From Laetmonice hystrix (Eukaryota), in the NCBI GenBank assembly GCA_965235115.1, contig OZ249438.1, positions 8,990,001 through 9,054,000 on the forward strand: 64,000 nucleotides of DNA. The letters are read 5' to 3'. Below are positions 36,601 to 49,925 of the stretch, piece after piece. Positions within the stretch are counted from its first letter, which is position 1. Each line of letters begins with the position of its first letter. The translations under genes were made by a program, and so were the position numbers. The notes beneath the pieces were generated by a model. That model worked only from the letters and a program-made list of their open reading frames with translations, searched no databases and was not told where the DNA came from.

Positions 36601-39600
36601 CTTCTTTCATCCAGCACCGCTCTGCCAGGGCTCGCCACCATATCCACATTCAGCAGCACACAGGAACAATCGTTTTTTTGTGTGTGTGAAGCAGAGGTCG
36701 CCTTGCCGGTTACTCTTACCTTGTATACTTAACAAGAAATTGGATTCAACTGTGAACGCGTCACACGGGGGGGGGGGGGGGTTACTGATTTTTCCGGGGG
36801 GGGGGGGGGCGAAAAATACATTTTCAGAAGCATGGGACCACTCTCTGTATTATTGCTTTATCAGCCAGAATTCTGAATTTACATTTGAAAACTTTGGAAA
36901 TAGTAAAGCTTGAAGGCAAATTCGAAGAAGTAATTTTTTGTGATCGTCAGTCTGCAAAGTGCCCTATTGATTCAAAAGTTACAAACAACATGTAAAAGTG
37001 GTTCTTTTTTTACCTGAAAGTCTCACTCCGCCCCCCCCCCCACCACCCATTTCTTTTGAAGTCCTAAGTATAGGGGCTTGATACCTGATCACCTGTTCCC
37101 CAAATGTGATTGACTGTTTTGATTAGGCCCTGCAAGCAGTTAAATTAGACTGAGAAAATGAAAAACGCTGACATTGTTGATTACTGCTAGGGAGCGTGGA
37201 GAACATGGTGGGGGGGGGGGGGCACTGTGGGGGCAAAGGAAGCATGAGGATTCTACCCCGGCATGGACAGGGGCTGATACGATGGAGTGCACTGACGATC
37301 TTTAGGCGTCAAGACGAAGTGCAGGCACCTTCCAGCACTTTGTCAGTACGGTGGTCAAGTGGTAGAGTGTAAAAGACAATGTTTAAAAACTTTGCTGGGT
37401 GATTGCTATCTTGTTTGGCGTGCAGGGCAGGTTGTCCATTATCAAAGCGAGGGTGTTCGATCTGATGTGTTGATCAGAGACGTAGGAAGATGTCCCTCCT
37501 CAACTACCTTCGACCAGATCACAGATAGGCATGCAGTCCTATATTCTCACCCTGCACCAAGGAGTACTTTTTTCACCCGCATGTAACCAACAGAATTACG
37601 ATGACTTTATTATCCTTTTATTCGTACAGGTAGTTGTTTTTGTTTGTTTGTTCTTGACAAGCATAATCATACACACACAATAACGTCATTGTCATTAATG
37701 ACGTTCCCTTGTGGTCGCCATGACAATTCCCACTCCTCTTATCAAGCTATTTATAGATCTGGTTTCTTGTCTGATATTCGGACAGTTTGCGTCATTGTGT
37801 TTGTGAAGCAACATTACTATCTACGTCAAATCGGTCTTATCTGGGAGAGAAAAAGTGCCCGTTTTACTGAAGGGATTGTATGTTAATTTCCTGAGATGAA
37901 GATCTGAGGAACGCCGCCTTTGATTCCTAACAGTGGAGGCAGATGAGTTAGGGTCACTTGATTCCTTCTTGGTGTTCCCTGTGGAAACATACAAGCGGTC
38001 CGAGAAAAAAAATACACAACCACATTTGAGCTTATATATATGTTATTTTGGTCGTTATAGTGGTCTTTGTTTTATCCCAGTTGATTAGACCGTTAATCCG
38101 TACATGGGTTGGTTTATTTTAGCAACCTCATGCTTGTAAGTCTATATGTGTACTTAGAGACAGACCTAGTCCATCAGATGACTTCATTGTGAACCTATCC
38201 TATCCTTGCTTATGGTTATGGTTTTTCATTTCTTAGAACTGCATTTCGATTTGGGAGTTGATTTCTGAAACATTCAGTGGTAACTTGAACAGCCATCTTG
38301 ATTTTTGTCGTTATAGTTGTGTTTGTTTCATCCCAGAGCAGGTTGGAGCTATGGATTCGATATGGGACTACCGGGTCATAAAGCATTGGCCCATCGAAAA
38401 GTTATAAAAAATAGTTGACTCCAATTATTATCTTTTCATTTAGGGTTATGACATTGCCAAACAAAAAAAAGATAAACTTTTACTTTAGGCTATTAAAATT
38501 AGAGGGATTCTGGCTTGGGGCTATTTGGGGCAAATAGGAGCTTACCACCCCTGTATGTCCGAATTGTGTTATGGGCAGGTCAACCGGGTGGCATTGAAGT
38601 GATTCAGTGTGTATTGCCTACCATTTCCGGTCATAATACCTTCCCCTCAAGGTTGTCACACTGACATTCCTCCCAGTGGTCGTCTGAATGTCTAGCAGTT
38701 CTCTGCCGTCTTTGTTTCCGTTCATGTTCTTCCGGATGTGGTATCGCCTACTTCCGGAAAGTAGGCGAGTATCCATGAAGAGGGCCTTTGTCAGTTGGGT
38801 GGAGGGGGTTGATGCTAGTAATATCAGAGTGCTGTTAATTCTGTACTAGAAATGACGGTATACAATAACTCGGGCCTAGACTCTTCAGGCAACAAGCAAC
38901 AGTTTCTCGGCAGGACAAGGAGGGTTCCCTGATACAAGTGATAGAGTCGTATAGTATATGACTACATAGATATACAGTATATGATAAATTAATGATCCTC
39001 AAGATCGTGGCCACCAGTAAATAAATGCCTTCAGCCAATATTACTGTGACTTCAGTGAACTAGCAAGTAGTAAAACATTGTGGGTGTGTGGGTGTTGGGG
39101 GGGGGGGGGGGTCGACAGGAGATAAAAGTGGCCCTGGCAGGCGAGGGAGGCGAGCTAAAGGTAACAAACTGGCACAGCAGATGTGGGGCTGGAAACAAGC
39201 ACACCTCGACATAGTAATCGGGTTTTCTCAGTGCGGGAAGGTCAAAACGTCGGATTAGTAGACTACTACTGTGCGGCCTCGCTTTCTTGGCGTTTTATTA
39301 AGACCCCAACCATAATCTAACGAAATCAAGCATCATGGGTAGGCTTGTCTAACAATGAAACAGCGTGGGTTTCGGTTTAGATGTTGTGAAACCATATATC
39401 GCTGGCTGAGAGCAAGAATATCGTGATTGCAAAATTGAGGTTTTGAGATTGGCATTTTAATTTTCAAATTGCTCAAATTGCTCCCCCAAAAACAATACTC
39501 TGCAACATATTTCACCACCTTAACTGTTTTGTACGTGTACATGTATGTAGATACAATATCGCTGCACAGATGCGTATTTATGACACCTATTTAATGTTCC

Positions 39601-39897
39601 ATTAAACCAATTTTTAAATTTTTGCAGATACAATATTCTTGCTCTCAGACAGCAATATACGGTATACTACATGTGCATAATTATATACATACTGTCTATG
39701 TGTGTCATGCTCTGAAAGTACATTTGCATTGGGTTTAAAATGAAACAAAAGAGGCCGGTGCCTTACGAATACCGTGTGTCCTTAAAACCGCACACAATTC
39801 TATTTCGTGTTGGACTGATTGGGGAGAGAGGCGGCAAAGTTAAGGACGACGTTTATAATTGAATGTTTCACATTACAACATTATATCGACCCGACTG

Positions 39898-40360
39898 TTA
39901 TTAGCCCTCAACCCGAAGGGACGGGGGTTTCTGATTGGACCTCTGTCCATACATCCATCCGTACGTACGGATTTCTCAGGAGTGTATGGGCCAATTTGCA
40001 TGAAACTCAATGATCAGGGACGGTCAGAGGATGATGCACGTCAAATAGATTTCTGATATCATTCAAAATGGCTGCTTGGCAGCCATCTTGGATTAAACAC
40101 ATTTCGCGCAATAACTGTCCCGATTTCTTTCAAATTTAGTGCAAGGTAAAATCATATGAGGGACAATGTTTATGACGATAAACGTAGTTCAGACCAAATC
40201 TTGCGACGTGGCGACCATTATTTGTTTTTTAACGCCCAAAATAACACCTTTTTGGCTCATATCTCGAAAATGGTGCAAGATAACGCAAAATTATTGACAG
40301 ATATGAAGTCATATAAACTTTCATTTGGCGTCCGTCCCCTTTAACTTCTGTGACCTTGAA
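39898..40360 (+). mobile_element. Probable Helentron/DINE-like non-autonomous element remnant
   Basis: TTATTAG start, CCC...GAAGGG subterminal hairpin, CCAT/CCGT microsatellite core and AAAATGGCTGC...GCCATCTTGGAT motifs typical of such repeats; recognised by pattern only. Confidence 0.45.
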
Positions 40361-42403
40361 TTATGAAAGGTTAATCAATCAAGTTCATCAAGTTCGTCTT
40401 GAAGCCCATGATGTTGTATTATTTAAATAATTCTTCATAATCCTATCCCTAATCCGAACCTTAACCCTCATCCATTTGTGTTTTCTTAAATTGTCTTATA
40501 CCACGACGTTGATGACCTAGGACCTGCATAACCAGGGAATCCAGGTTCGGCGAACCTCCATTCCAGCAGACCTCCATTATAGCCACGTTGCAATCATGCA
40601 TTCCTCCATACAATACAAAATGAGTCCCCGTAATACTATGACGTTAGGGTATTTGTCAATCCATCTGTTAGAGACTGTATAAATAAACCTGCATTGAATG
40701 TTATTGACGGTATGGCTGATTGGAAGATTCAAACTAGAGGTGAAATCAAGCTTAATTGTAGGATATCATGTCGATCGTGTTACGTGCGTTTATTGCACAC
40801 GCTGGAGGGCGTGTAATATGATACCACAGGTGTGGTCATTTTGTAGCGGGGACGGAGACAACTAGCACGGGAATCATGTTCATCGCTTCAACGTCATCGG
40901 ATGAAATTTAAAGACAGGAACTCAAATTCCGTATGTAATTAAGGACATGGATTTGAGAGCCTCGGTCTGTGGCTTCCTGAATAGTGATGTTTTAGATTGG
41001 GAGTAAAAGCATTGGAATTCCACACATAGATGGCAACAAGGGGTGGGGTGGGGCTGGGGGAGTCTGAATGTAAAGAATATTATGGATGGGCATGCTGGTG
41101 CATTGCAATGGAAATGCGGGAAGAGTGTGAGTTTGTGGAAGCCAGCCAACTAGCCGGTGGCCAAGCAAACATTGCAAGGCAAACAGGAGGAACCACCGGC
41201 AGGGCGGCGACAGCGGGGGGAAAACATGGCCACGGCTGGCTCGGGACGCGGGACCGTGAAAGGAGCATCCGTAACGGCCAGATACAGGGTGGGGGTGTGG
41301 GCACAGGTCTCGAGTGAGATTCGCAGGCACGGAAAACAAACGCCGCCTCACTTACCTCAAATAACGGGCGAGCGTGGTTGTAATGATATGACGCTTAAAC
41401 TGGTGGCTTCCGTAGTGAAAATGTCTGGAATTGAAATTGACTTTTTTTGTTGGCCCACTTAAGAATGTAGGTGTTTTTTTTTTAAAAATAGATGTATTGT
41501 TCTTCTTTAGGGATAAACAATATGTACTTGTTTAGATAAGTTGTCTTGGATTTTGTAATACTCCAGACGATTACAGGTAATGTCAAATGGTCCTTTATTG
41601 CGAGTACCGGAAACTTATTTTTATATTTCGGGATGAAAAGTGCAATTGTCATGTAGGCCTAATAAGTCGCCACTATAAAACCCCGTAATTTTACGGTGAT
41701 GTCTTGGATAAAGCCATCACGGTAAGAGACAATAGTGATATTCTGGTCCTTTATGTCCACCCACTTCAGGACCAGAGGTAAGAGCGGTCCTCAGTGCTCG
41801 CGTTTGTCCGTAAAAGGCGATGAATGGGGCGAGGGCTGGTATAGGACAGTGGCCATCTGTATGACTTCGTAAATGGCTCATGAACGCCTCTAACACATCA
41901 TAAGTCTGTTGTTAAAACCTATTGACTTCATGACGATAAGCTTTCCAGGGTAATATAATTGTTGTATGTGAGAGTGCAGTTGAGCTCTGTCCCGGTAGGA
42001 TGACTATATTTTCTGGAAAGAATGTACCAGCATTCGCTCCTAAACCTTCCTTGCATATTGCAGTGTTCATACCAAAAAAAAAACCAACTAACAATCAAAA
42101 GCAGCCAAATTGGCATACATTATGGGTGTTCACCAGCAGGCCGACAATAGTTCCAGCCCTGTATGTGCGACTGGACGTTTAGAAATATCAAACAACCAAT
42201 GTTATTTTTTTCTAGGAAGAGAAGGAAATTGGCTCCCGACGGCCGGTTTCTTTCTGCACATGTCCTCCTCATAAGTCGCACCTAGACTGAACAAGTTAAC
42301 ACTGACTCATTCACTGTTTTGTTACCACAATCATGAAGTACGTATAGAATGTTTGGATACCCTGTAGCAGTGATTAAAGTATTGTATCCGACCTATGTTG
42401 TAG

Positions 42404-42500
42404 ATGGAGCTGATATTAGAACGGATGCAGGACGATTGTACGGGTGTACCAGTCCGCACCGTCAAGAGCTTCATGTCCAAGATACCCAGTGTTTTCACAG
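42404..42500 (+). CDS. RGS7: RGS7-like coding exon 2 (DEP domain start)
   Basis: [32 protein letters not shown](G) vs RGS7 [37 protein letters not shown]/GTAAG; 97 nt. Confidence 0.96.
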
Positions 42501-43051
42501 GTAAGTTGACGCCATCCAAGGCCATCCTTGGGCATTACTTGTTTAACTGTGCTGGAAACATGCAATGAAAAACGTGAAACCCGAACTTTCTCGTTAATTA
42601 CAGCTCTAGGCTTATCATGGTATACGATTCTTCCCTAAAGTGAGGCTTTGATTATTTGCGTTGTGTGTGTGTGTGTGTGTTCAGGGCTTGCTATCTCCCA
42701 ACACGAGTTGGGGAGATGAGATGGGCAACTTTCCCGGAGGTTATGGAACGTTGTTCGTATTGTTACGTGTGCTCATGAAGCATTTCGTGTCCAGAAGAAA
42801 ACAAGCATAAAAGGCAAAGGTTGAAATCGTGCCATGCCTTGTGGTTGTTCCTTTAGATTGAAGCTAATGCTTGATGTTGGGTATTCAACGTTTACACATG
42901 AAAGCGAATTGTTTCACCAGTGTGTGTCAACACGTAAATGGGGGTTTTAAAACGGAGGTAATCGTGCATCGATGACAAACTGACCCAGATCAAGGAATTA
43001 TCATTAAGAAAGAATTCCTGTTCTATAGAAATCAGACATCGCAACTGGGTC

Positions 43052-43222
43052 AAGAAGGTAGGGCTAGCTTGAGGGAAAACCAGTGACAGCGATGTTTCTT
43101 GCAGCTTTAAATATACAGGATCCCCCCCCCCCCCACCAAAAAAGAAGGTAGGGCTAGCTTGAGGGAAAACCAGTGACAGCGATATTTCTTGCAGCCTTAA
43201 ATATACAGGATCCCCCCCCCCT
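43052..43222. repeat. Local tandem duplication, 90-bp period, 2 copies
   Basis: AAGAAGGTAGGGCTAGCTTGAGGGAAAACCAGTGACAGCGAT...ATACAGGATCCCCC at 43052 and 43142. Confidence 0.92.
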
Positions 43223-43537
43223 ACCACCACCAAAAAAAAAAACAACTTGTGAAATTGTGTATATTTGCAGGGTTCATTCTTATCGAATATGATAAGATTT
43301 TGTATCTTTGTATAAATCGTATTTGTCTCAGTCGTCGGAATGAATGCATTAAAGTCTTTTCGATCCGGCGAATTAAATGTATTGTGCCATATTTTGGTAA
43401 GTTGCACATGGATCTGTAGTATTAGAGTGACATTTGGTCATAAATACAAGTCATTATTGAGCACCTTCCAACTCTTCAAAGAAAACAGTCGTATTTGGGC
43501 ACTACACCGTTGCAGTGATTAAATATTGCTGCGCGGG

Positions 43538-43749
43538 TGACGTCACGGCCACGTAGTGACGTCAGCCACATTGTCGGTGCAGTGCCAGATAGGATCTGGA
43601 ACTAGAGCTGGACATGGGATGGGTGGGAGGGGCGTTCCTCCTACGCTCACCTCGAGACAATGAATGTCCCTTTACAAACTCTTCAGGGACCAGGCCCCGA
43701 TCTGACCCCCAGCCCCCACTCTTACGTCATCAGACGTCATGTTACGTCA
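43538..43749. promoter_or_regulatory. Cluster of CRE/ATF sites
   Basis: TGACGTCA at 43538 and 43557; TTACGTCA at 43722 and 43742; AGACGTCA at 43732. Confidence 0.5.
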
Positions 43750-45701
43750 CCTACGTGCCGGAAAGATTGACCGATGAATCATACCAGGTTAGTGTCAGTC
43801 AGCCTGACGAACAGACTGGTCAAGTTCCGTGTCCGGCTTTTTTCTCCCTCTTGATCAAATGATTGATAGGCGATTTGGATGGTACGTTCTTATACAGAAA
43901 GACCTTATCTTACGGATAGGAATCGTGTATGAATGCATGTATATGACATTTTATTATGATATTGATGCGATAAATAATTTAATTAAGTTTTGTCCGAGTG
44001 GGACAGGGATGTATATAGAGTCTATGTCACGCATACATGTGTACACCCCGCCTCACGTGTGTACACACACATTCACGTTTGTAATATTGGTATAGGGTGG
44101 CCATGATTCATGCATGGCTCCATATATGGCTCCATAAATTCCAAGCCAATTTCCATCCAAACCATCCATCCAGCCATCCATCTAAGCAGCCAGCCAGCCA
44201 AGCAGCCAGCCAGCAACTGGTAGATCGTTGCATCAAAGGAGCAGACTACCGTCGCAATCAATGCCGTTCATAGAGACTTGCCAACCTCCTAGTAGTATAT
44301 ACAATTGGCCCATTGCGTCAGGCCAGTTGGGGCTATAATACCCAAGGGGGCAGACTAACCATGGTTGGCATCACAGCAACATTCGGTTTGTTCCACCGTG
44401 TACCGCTTCCACTTGATGGCAATTCAAAGAACACAGGATAGGCACCGAGCCTTAGCGATCGGACAAGGACATTATATCCGTTTAGGCTTAGGTTACACGG
44501 AACATCATGACTGGAGTATTGTTAGAAGTGTATCGGCGCCCATTCATATGGGACGTTGTTGTCTTCGCAGATGTCTCAATAGTGATAGGCTTTTCATGAA
44601 GGGAGTGGGTGGGGTGGGGGGGGGGTCTTTCCTTCCCCCTACAATTCATTTCTCCTTTCTGTCAAGGTGCATTTCATCGGATGGTAGGAATGTCGCTTCC
44701 CTTTTCGTCCATCCATTCAACCAGGAGTTTGTACCTGCCCACGTAGGTGTCACCTGGTGAATATATTGGTGTTTGATTAGCCACATTGTCTGGACATAAT
44801 GAGAAAGACACAATAAAAGAAAAAAAAACGAACAATACGCAAATGTAATAATTTTATGATGCATTTGCCGCTTCAAATAGATGTTGGGATGCAGACCGGG
44901 CAGCTGTTCATGACACAGTAAGACAGATGCAGCTCTGACAGAGACAGAGATAGACTGGAGGGTACAGGTGATATTGACTGCACAGTGCAGACCAGGGACA
45001 CACAACTATATCCTTGACCGTACAATAGCCGTATGAAATCCCTGCCATTGGTAATATAGCCTAACCTGGCCTCAGTCAGTGTCGCGCCTGGCGGCCAGTT
45101 CCCGTACACCAGTATCAGCGCGCTGACTGCATCCCCTGTAAGCCCCCTTAGTTAACCTGAAACCTCGTTTCCATCGGCCCCTGGCGGGGAGTGTAGCGGA
45201 TGGGTCAGAGTTGCCATGGGACATGGCAGTGGGTCTCGGGGGAGCCGTTGTTGACATTACAACCTGAGGCGCACCTAATGTCACGTCATGTCATCCGTTC
45301 TACCCCGTCCCACCACCCTTCCCTTTCGTATTGGCGTTGCAGTGGGTAGGGAGGAGGGGTGGGGGTTGGATGGTTGGTTGGTTGGTTGGTTGGGGAGGCA
45401 GGCAGCAGGAGGGTGCGCCGAGCGTCGGGACACAATCGACGTATTCTCTATGCGTGTCGCACGGAACGGGACGCGTGCGGTGCATGCCGGGAAGGTTCGA
45501 ATGCACTCAGAACGCCAGGGTCTGGGCATACTATGGCAACGCGCGTGCGTGCGTGTGTGTATTTGTGTATGATTTGAGGGTGTGTTTGTGTATGATGTGT
45601 GGGTGTGAGTGGATGTCAGCGTCTGCCGCCATGATCGGGTATCTGGCAGATACAACCCAAGGAGGAGCACGAGTTAGAACACAACAGTCAGTTAAGTCAA
45701 G

Positions 45702-47410
45702 GATTCTACACAAGGATTGTACTGTTGTGTAGAATCTTTGGTTCAGTAAGATCCGTGGACATGTAGTGTATTAGTTCCTCCATATTCCGACAAACAGATT
45801 CTACACAAGGATTGTACAGTTGTGTAGAATCTTTGGTTCAGTAAGATCCGTGGCCATGTAGTGTATTAGTTCCTCTATATTCCGACAAACAGATTCTACA
45901 CAAGGATTGTACAGTTGTGTAGAATCTTTCGTTCAGTAAGATCCGTGGACATGTAGTGTATTAGTTCCTCTATATTCCGACAAACAGATTCTACACAAGG
46001 ATTGTACAGTTGTGTAGAATCTTTGGTTCAGTAAGATCCGTGGACATGTAGTGTATTAGTTCCTCCATATTCCGACAAACAGATTCTACACAAGGATTGT
46101 ACAGTTGTGTAGAATCTTTGGTTCAGTAAGATCCGTGGACATGTAGTGTATTAGTTCCTCTATATTCCGACAAATGGATTCTACACAACGATTGTACAGT
46201 TGTGTAGAATCTTTGGTTCAGTAAGATCCGTGGACATGTAGTGTATTAGTTCCTCTATATTCCGACAAATGGATTCTACACAACGATTGTACAGTTGTGT
46301 AGAATCTTTGGTTCAGTAAGATCCGTGGACATGTAGTGTATTAGTTCCTCCATATTCCGACAAATGGATTCTACACAAGGATTGTACAGTTGTGTAGAAT
46401 CTTTAGTTCAATAAGATCCGTGGACATGTAGTGTATTAGTTCCTCCATATTCCGACAAATGGATTCTACACAAGGATTGTACAGTTGTGTAAAATCTGTG
46501 GTTCAGTAAGATCCGTGGACATGTAGTGTATTAGTTCCTCTATATTCCGACAAATGGATTCTACACAACGATTGTACAGTTGTGTAGAATCTTTGGTTCA
46601 GTAAGATCCGTGGACATGTAGTGTATTAGTTCCTCCATATTCCGACAAATGGATTCTACACAAGGATTGTACAGTTGTGTAAAATCTGTGGTTCAGTAAG
46701 ATCCGTGGACATGTAGTGTAGTAGTTCTTCTATATTCCGACAAATGGATTCTACACAACGATTGTACAGTTGTGTAGAATCTTTGGTTCAGTAAGATCCG
46801 TGGACATGTAGTGTATTAGTTCCTCCATATTCCGACAAATGGATTCTACACAAGGATTGTACAGTTGTGTAGAATCTTTGGTTCAGTAAGATCCGTGGAC
46901 ATGTAGTGTATTAGTTCCTCTATATTCCGACAAATGGATTCTACACAACGATTGTACAGTTGTGTAGAATCTTTGGTTCAGTAAGATCCGTGGACATGTA
47001 GTGTATTAGTTCCTCCATATTCCGACAAACAGATTCTACACAACGATTGTACAGTTGTGTAGAATCTTTGGTTCAGTAAGATCCGTGGACATGTAGTGTA
47101 TTAGTTCCTCTATATTCCGACAAACAGATTCTACACAACGATTGTACAGTTGTGTAGAATCTTTAGTTCAATAAGATCCGTGGACATGTAGTGTATTAGT
47201 TCCTCCATATTCCGACAAATGGATTCTACACAAGGATTGTACAGTTGTGTAGAATCTTTGGTTCAGTAAGATCCGTGGACATGTAGTGTATTAGTTCCTC
47301 TATATTCCGACAAACAGATTCTACACAACGATTGTACAGTTGTGTAAAATATGTGGTTACGTAAGATCCGTGGACATGTAGTGTATTAGTTCCTCTATAT
47401 TCCGACAAAC
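45702..47410. repeat. Tandem array, 18 x 95-bp unit, each with a 12-13-bp inverted repeat
   Basis: Unit GATTCTACACAA-GGATTGTACAG-TTGTGTAGAATC-TTTGGTTCAGTAAGATCCGTGGACATGTAGTGTATTAGTTCCTCTATATTCCGACAAACA; starts at 45702, 45797 ... 47317. Confidence 0.97.
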
Positions 47411-49456
47411 GATAGCTGTGTATTATAGGCCTAGTACAGCTGTCTACGATTGGTGGTGAAGGGATAGCTTCCCTCTGTGCGCTCAACCATAGAATGTCCC
47501 TAGAGGAGGTTGCACCGAAAATGTCACAATATTATAGAGAAAATGTGTAATTATTCAATATTAAAATGGTATTTTGGAAAGATTATTTTGCTCAGGAGTT
47601 CTCAAATTAATTCGACGGCCACCCGACCTTTTTTTATTGCATTTTAGCGAAATGTAAGTAAAAATTAGTGGATATATATTTTTGAATGCTTCATTTTACG
47701 TGGCAACCATTTTCTGACAGAGTTTTATTACATTGGGGAGGAGGGGGCAGATAACTCACCGAGCTATACTGTTTTGTGCGCTGTCTCGTCTATTAACATA
47801 AATGAATATCAGACTCTCAGATGATGGCCTGTGATATTATAGAAACATGACGGCCGGGAAGGCGGACGGACCAACATTTTTTTTCTAGATGGGGGGGGGG
47901 GGGACTCTTATAGAATGGAATTCTCACGATATCATACATTTCGACAAAGAGATTCCTCGTTATCTTTATGGAAAATGATAGGTGGACGAACGTAGCAACA
48001 TTTGTTTTATCATGATCTTGTTTTATCAGATCGGAGAGAATGCATACATGCAAGGAGCATATCTGGTATCGATTAATATGGAGCGAAACTTTTTGGTGTG
48101 AATGTCCTGTTTATTAGTGGTACTTGAAGAAGTTAGTTGGTCGGTGTGATGATAAAGGAAGGGCCATTTAGACCGCTGTAAGATTTGGAATGCAGTAGAT
48201 TCGGAGGAGTAATTCTAGATCTGGGTTAAGAGAGTTGATTTTCTGATTTATGTTTTCCGTCTCCAAGTGTGAATGTTATTTAGAAGGATTGAGTGCTCCA
48301 TTAGAAGCTGGCCTATGAATGGTCAGTATACTGGGTGTCACTCGCGGATGGCGCCAAATTTAAACTCAATATTTACTGAGTAACTATCACTGAGTCCAGT
48401 CTACTCATATGGTGGAAGTTCATGAATATCCCTGGGACACGCTTACAATAAACGGACTATAGTGGTTTCTTGTGCAATCTTGGGTTACTCCTAATCTACC
48501 CACAGAACTAACCAACCACCTGGTAAAGAGAAAAGTCTCAATAATAAGCTATTTAGGAAAAAGGCCATGAATGGTGGCTAAAACAACCTTGATTAACCCC
48601 CAGATTGCAAGAAATACATCCTTTAATTTGAAATTTGAAGCCCCCGAACCCCCCAACAGATATTTCTGTGCCTCATCCTCTCAAGACCAGCCTACAGGCC
48701 TGGACAATAAAGTGTGTCTCTTCAAATCAGTGATTCATTGGTCGATGTCAGTATATTATCTTGGGCAAAAACCTATAAGTTGTTGGTATCATCAGTCATT
48801 CCAATCTATTACAGGTCAACCACATAGCGAGAGAGCGAATTCTCTTTATTCAACATTACGTGATTGGAAGGTGTGCTACACTTTTCAGGGTATGAAGTTA
48901 GCAAGTTGGAGTAAGATGTCGGTAGATTTCGGCCTGCCAAAAGCGTAGAACATTGGTTCTTAACAGTTATATATCAAATCGAAACGTCTCCATGCATGCG
49001 CTGAGAAGTTATTTGCAGGGCTCATCGGGGAGTTTTTGCATTGGCAGGGCCTGCAGATCGGTATCACCTCACCAGGTCCTGGTTGACTATTGACAGAGAG
49101 GTCAATTCAGAGGCTAAAACCAGGATTAAGTCCAACTCTGGATTCTGGACGGGTCTTTTGATGTCCCACTCTGCCTTTGGTGGTAGGCAACAGCAGTCGA
49201 CTGGCTGGTTTGCCCCTACGATCAATTCACACACACACCTGGTTGCCATAGCGACGACCCCGTCACCTTGGAGACCAGCCAGGAGGACGCAGCATCTAAG
49301 AATCGGTGGCCTTGAGTCATGCATCACTCCTGCAGTGGTTGACGCTGACGATCAAATTGACGAGAAGGGAAACCTTTAAATTGGTCTTCAACTCAACCTG
49401 GAACGAAAATCCTCAGCCGTACGACGTTAGCAGACAATATTATGTCAAACTCGATG

Positions 49457-49523
49457 ATTGGAGGGCGCTGCCTGTTAGGGGCGTAAGGATTGGGTAAAGT
49501 TGGTCACGTGATAGCTATAAATA
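49457..49523 (+). promoter_or_regulatory. Intronic core-promoter-like module
   Basis: ATTGG at 49457 and 49489, GGGGCG, GGTCACGTGA E-box at 49502, TATAAATA at 49516, then CpG-rich sequence. Confidence 0.45.
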
Positions 49524-49771
49524 TCGTCGAGGTGCGAGCGCTGGCAGCCGGCCTTGTGATTGTGGCCTCGTGCGTGGTTATGCTCAGAGCCGTGCCTATC
49601 TAACCACCAGGCTGTCATTTTACTGGAACTAGATCTGCGCCAAATCTTCAGTAGCCTTTACGCGCAAATTAAGCAGACAAAATAGCTGTTGGATTGCATG
49701 GCCTGAATGCACGCTTCCGGTCTGCCCCTTCTGCAATAATGGTTCATTTGAAAATGCTTTGGGACAGAATT

Positions 49772-49925
49772 CAGGGGCGGATCATTGATTTTTGAAAGGG
49801 TTTGGAGGTCCAAGGGGGAAATGGGGTAAAAAGGAAGAAGGAACCAGCATCTATAAGAAAAAAGGAAAATTGACGCCAAAGGGGGCCCGGCTCCCATGGA
49901 TGTGGCTCCCTTGGATCCGCTTCTG
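49772..49925. mobile_element. MITE with CAGGGGCGGATC...GGATCCGCTTCTG termini
   Basis: Imperfect TIRs; flanks GAATT / CAATT (4 of 5 match); related single ends near 54020-54040 and 62885-62906. Confidence 0.6.

Noticed and set aside
45702-47410. CRISPR array (unit stem TTCTAC...GTAGA resembles the Cas12a direct-repeat stem)
   Set aside because: Inter-hairpin sequences are essentially identical rather than unique spacers, the context is a eukaryotic intron, and no cas ORF is present
45702-47410. Satellite-encoded hammerhead ribozyme
   Set aside because: Neither strand of the unit contains CTGAnGA plus GAAA core boxes
49041-49379. ORF containing ADRYHL, as in PAP
   Set aside because: Six-residue coincidence; flanking residues and nucleotides do not align to PAP
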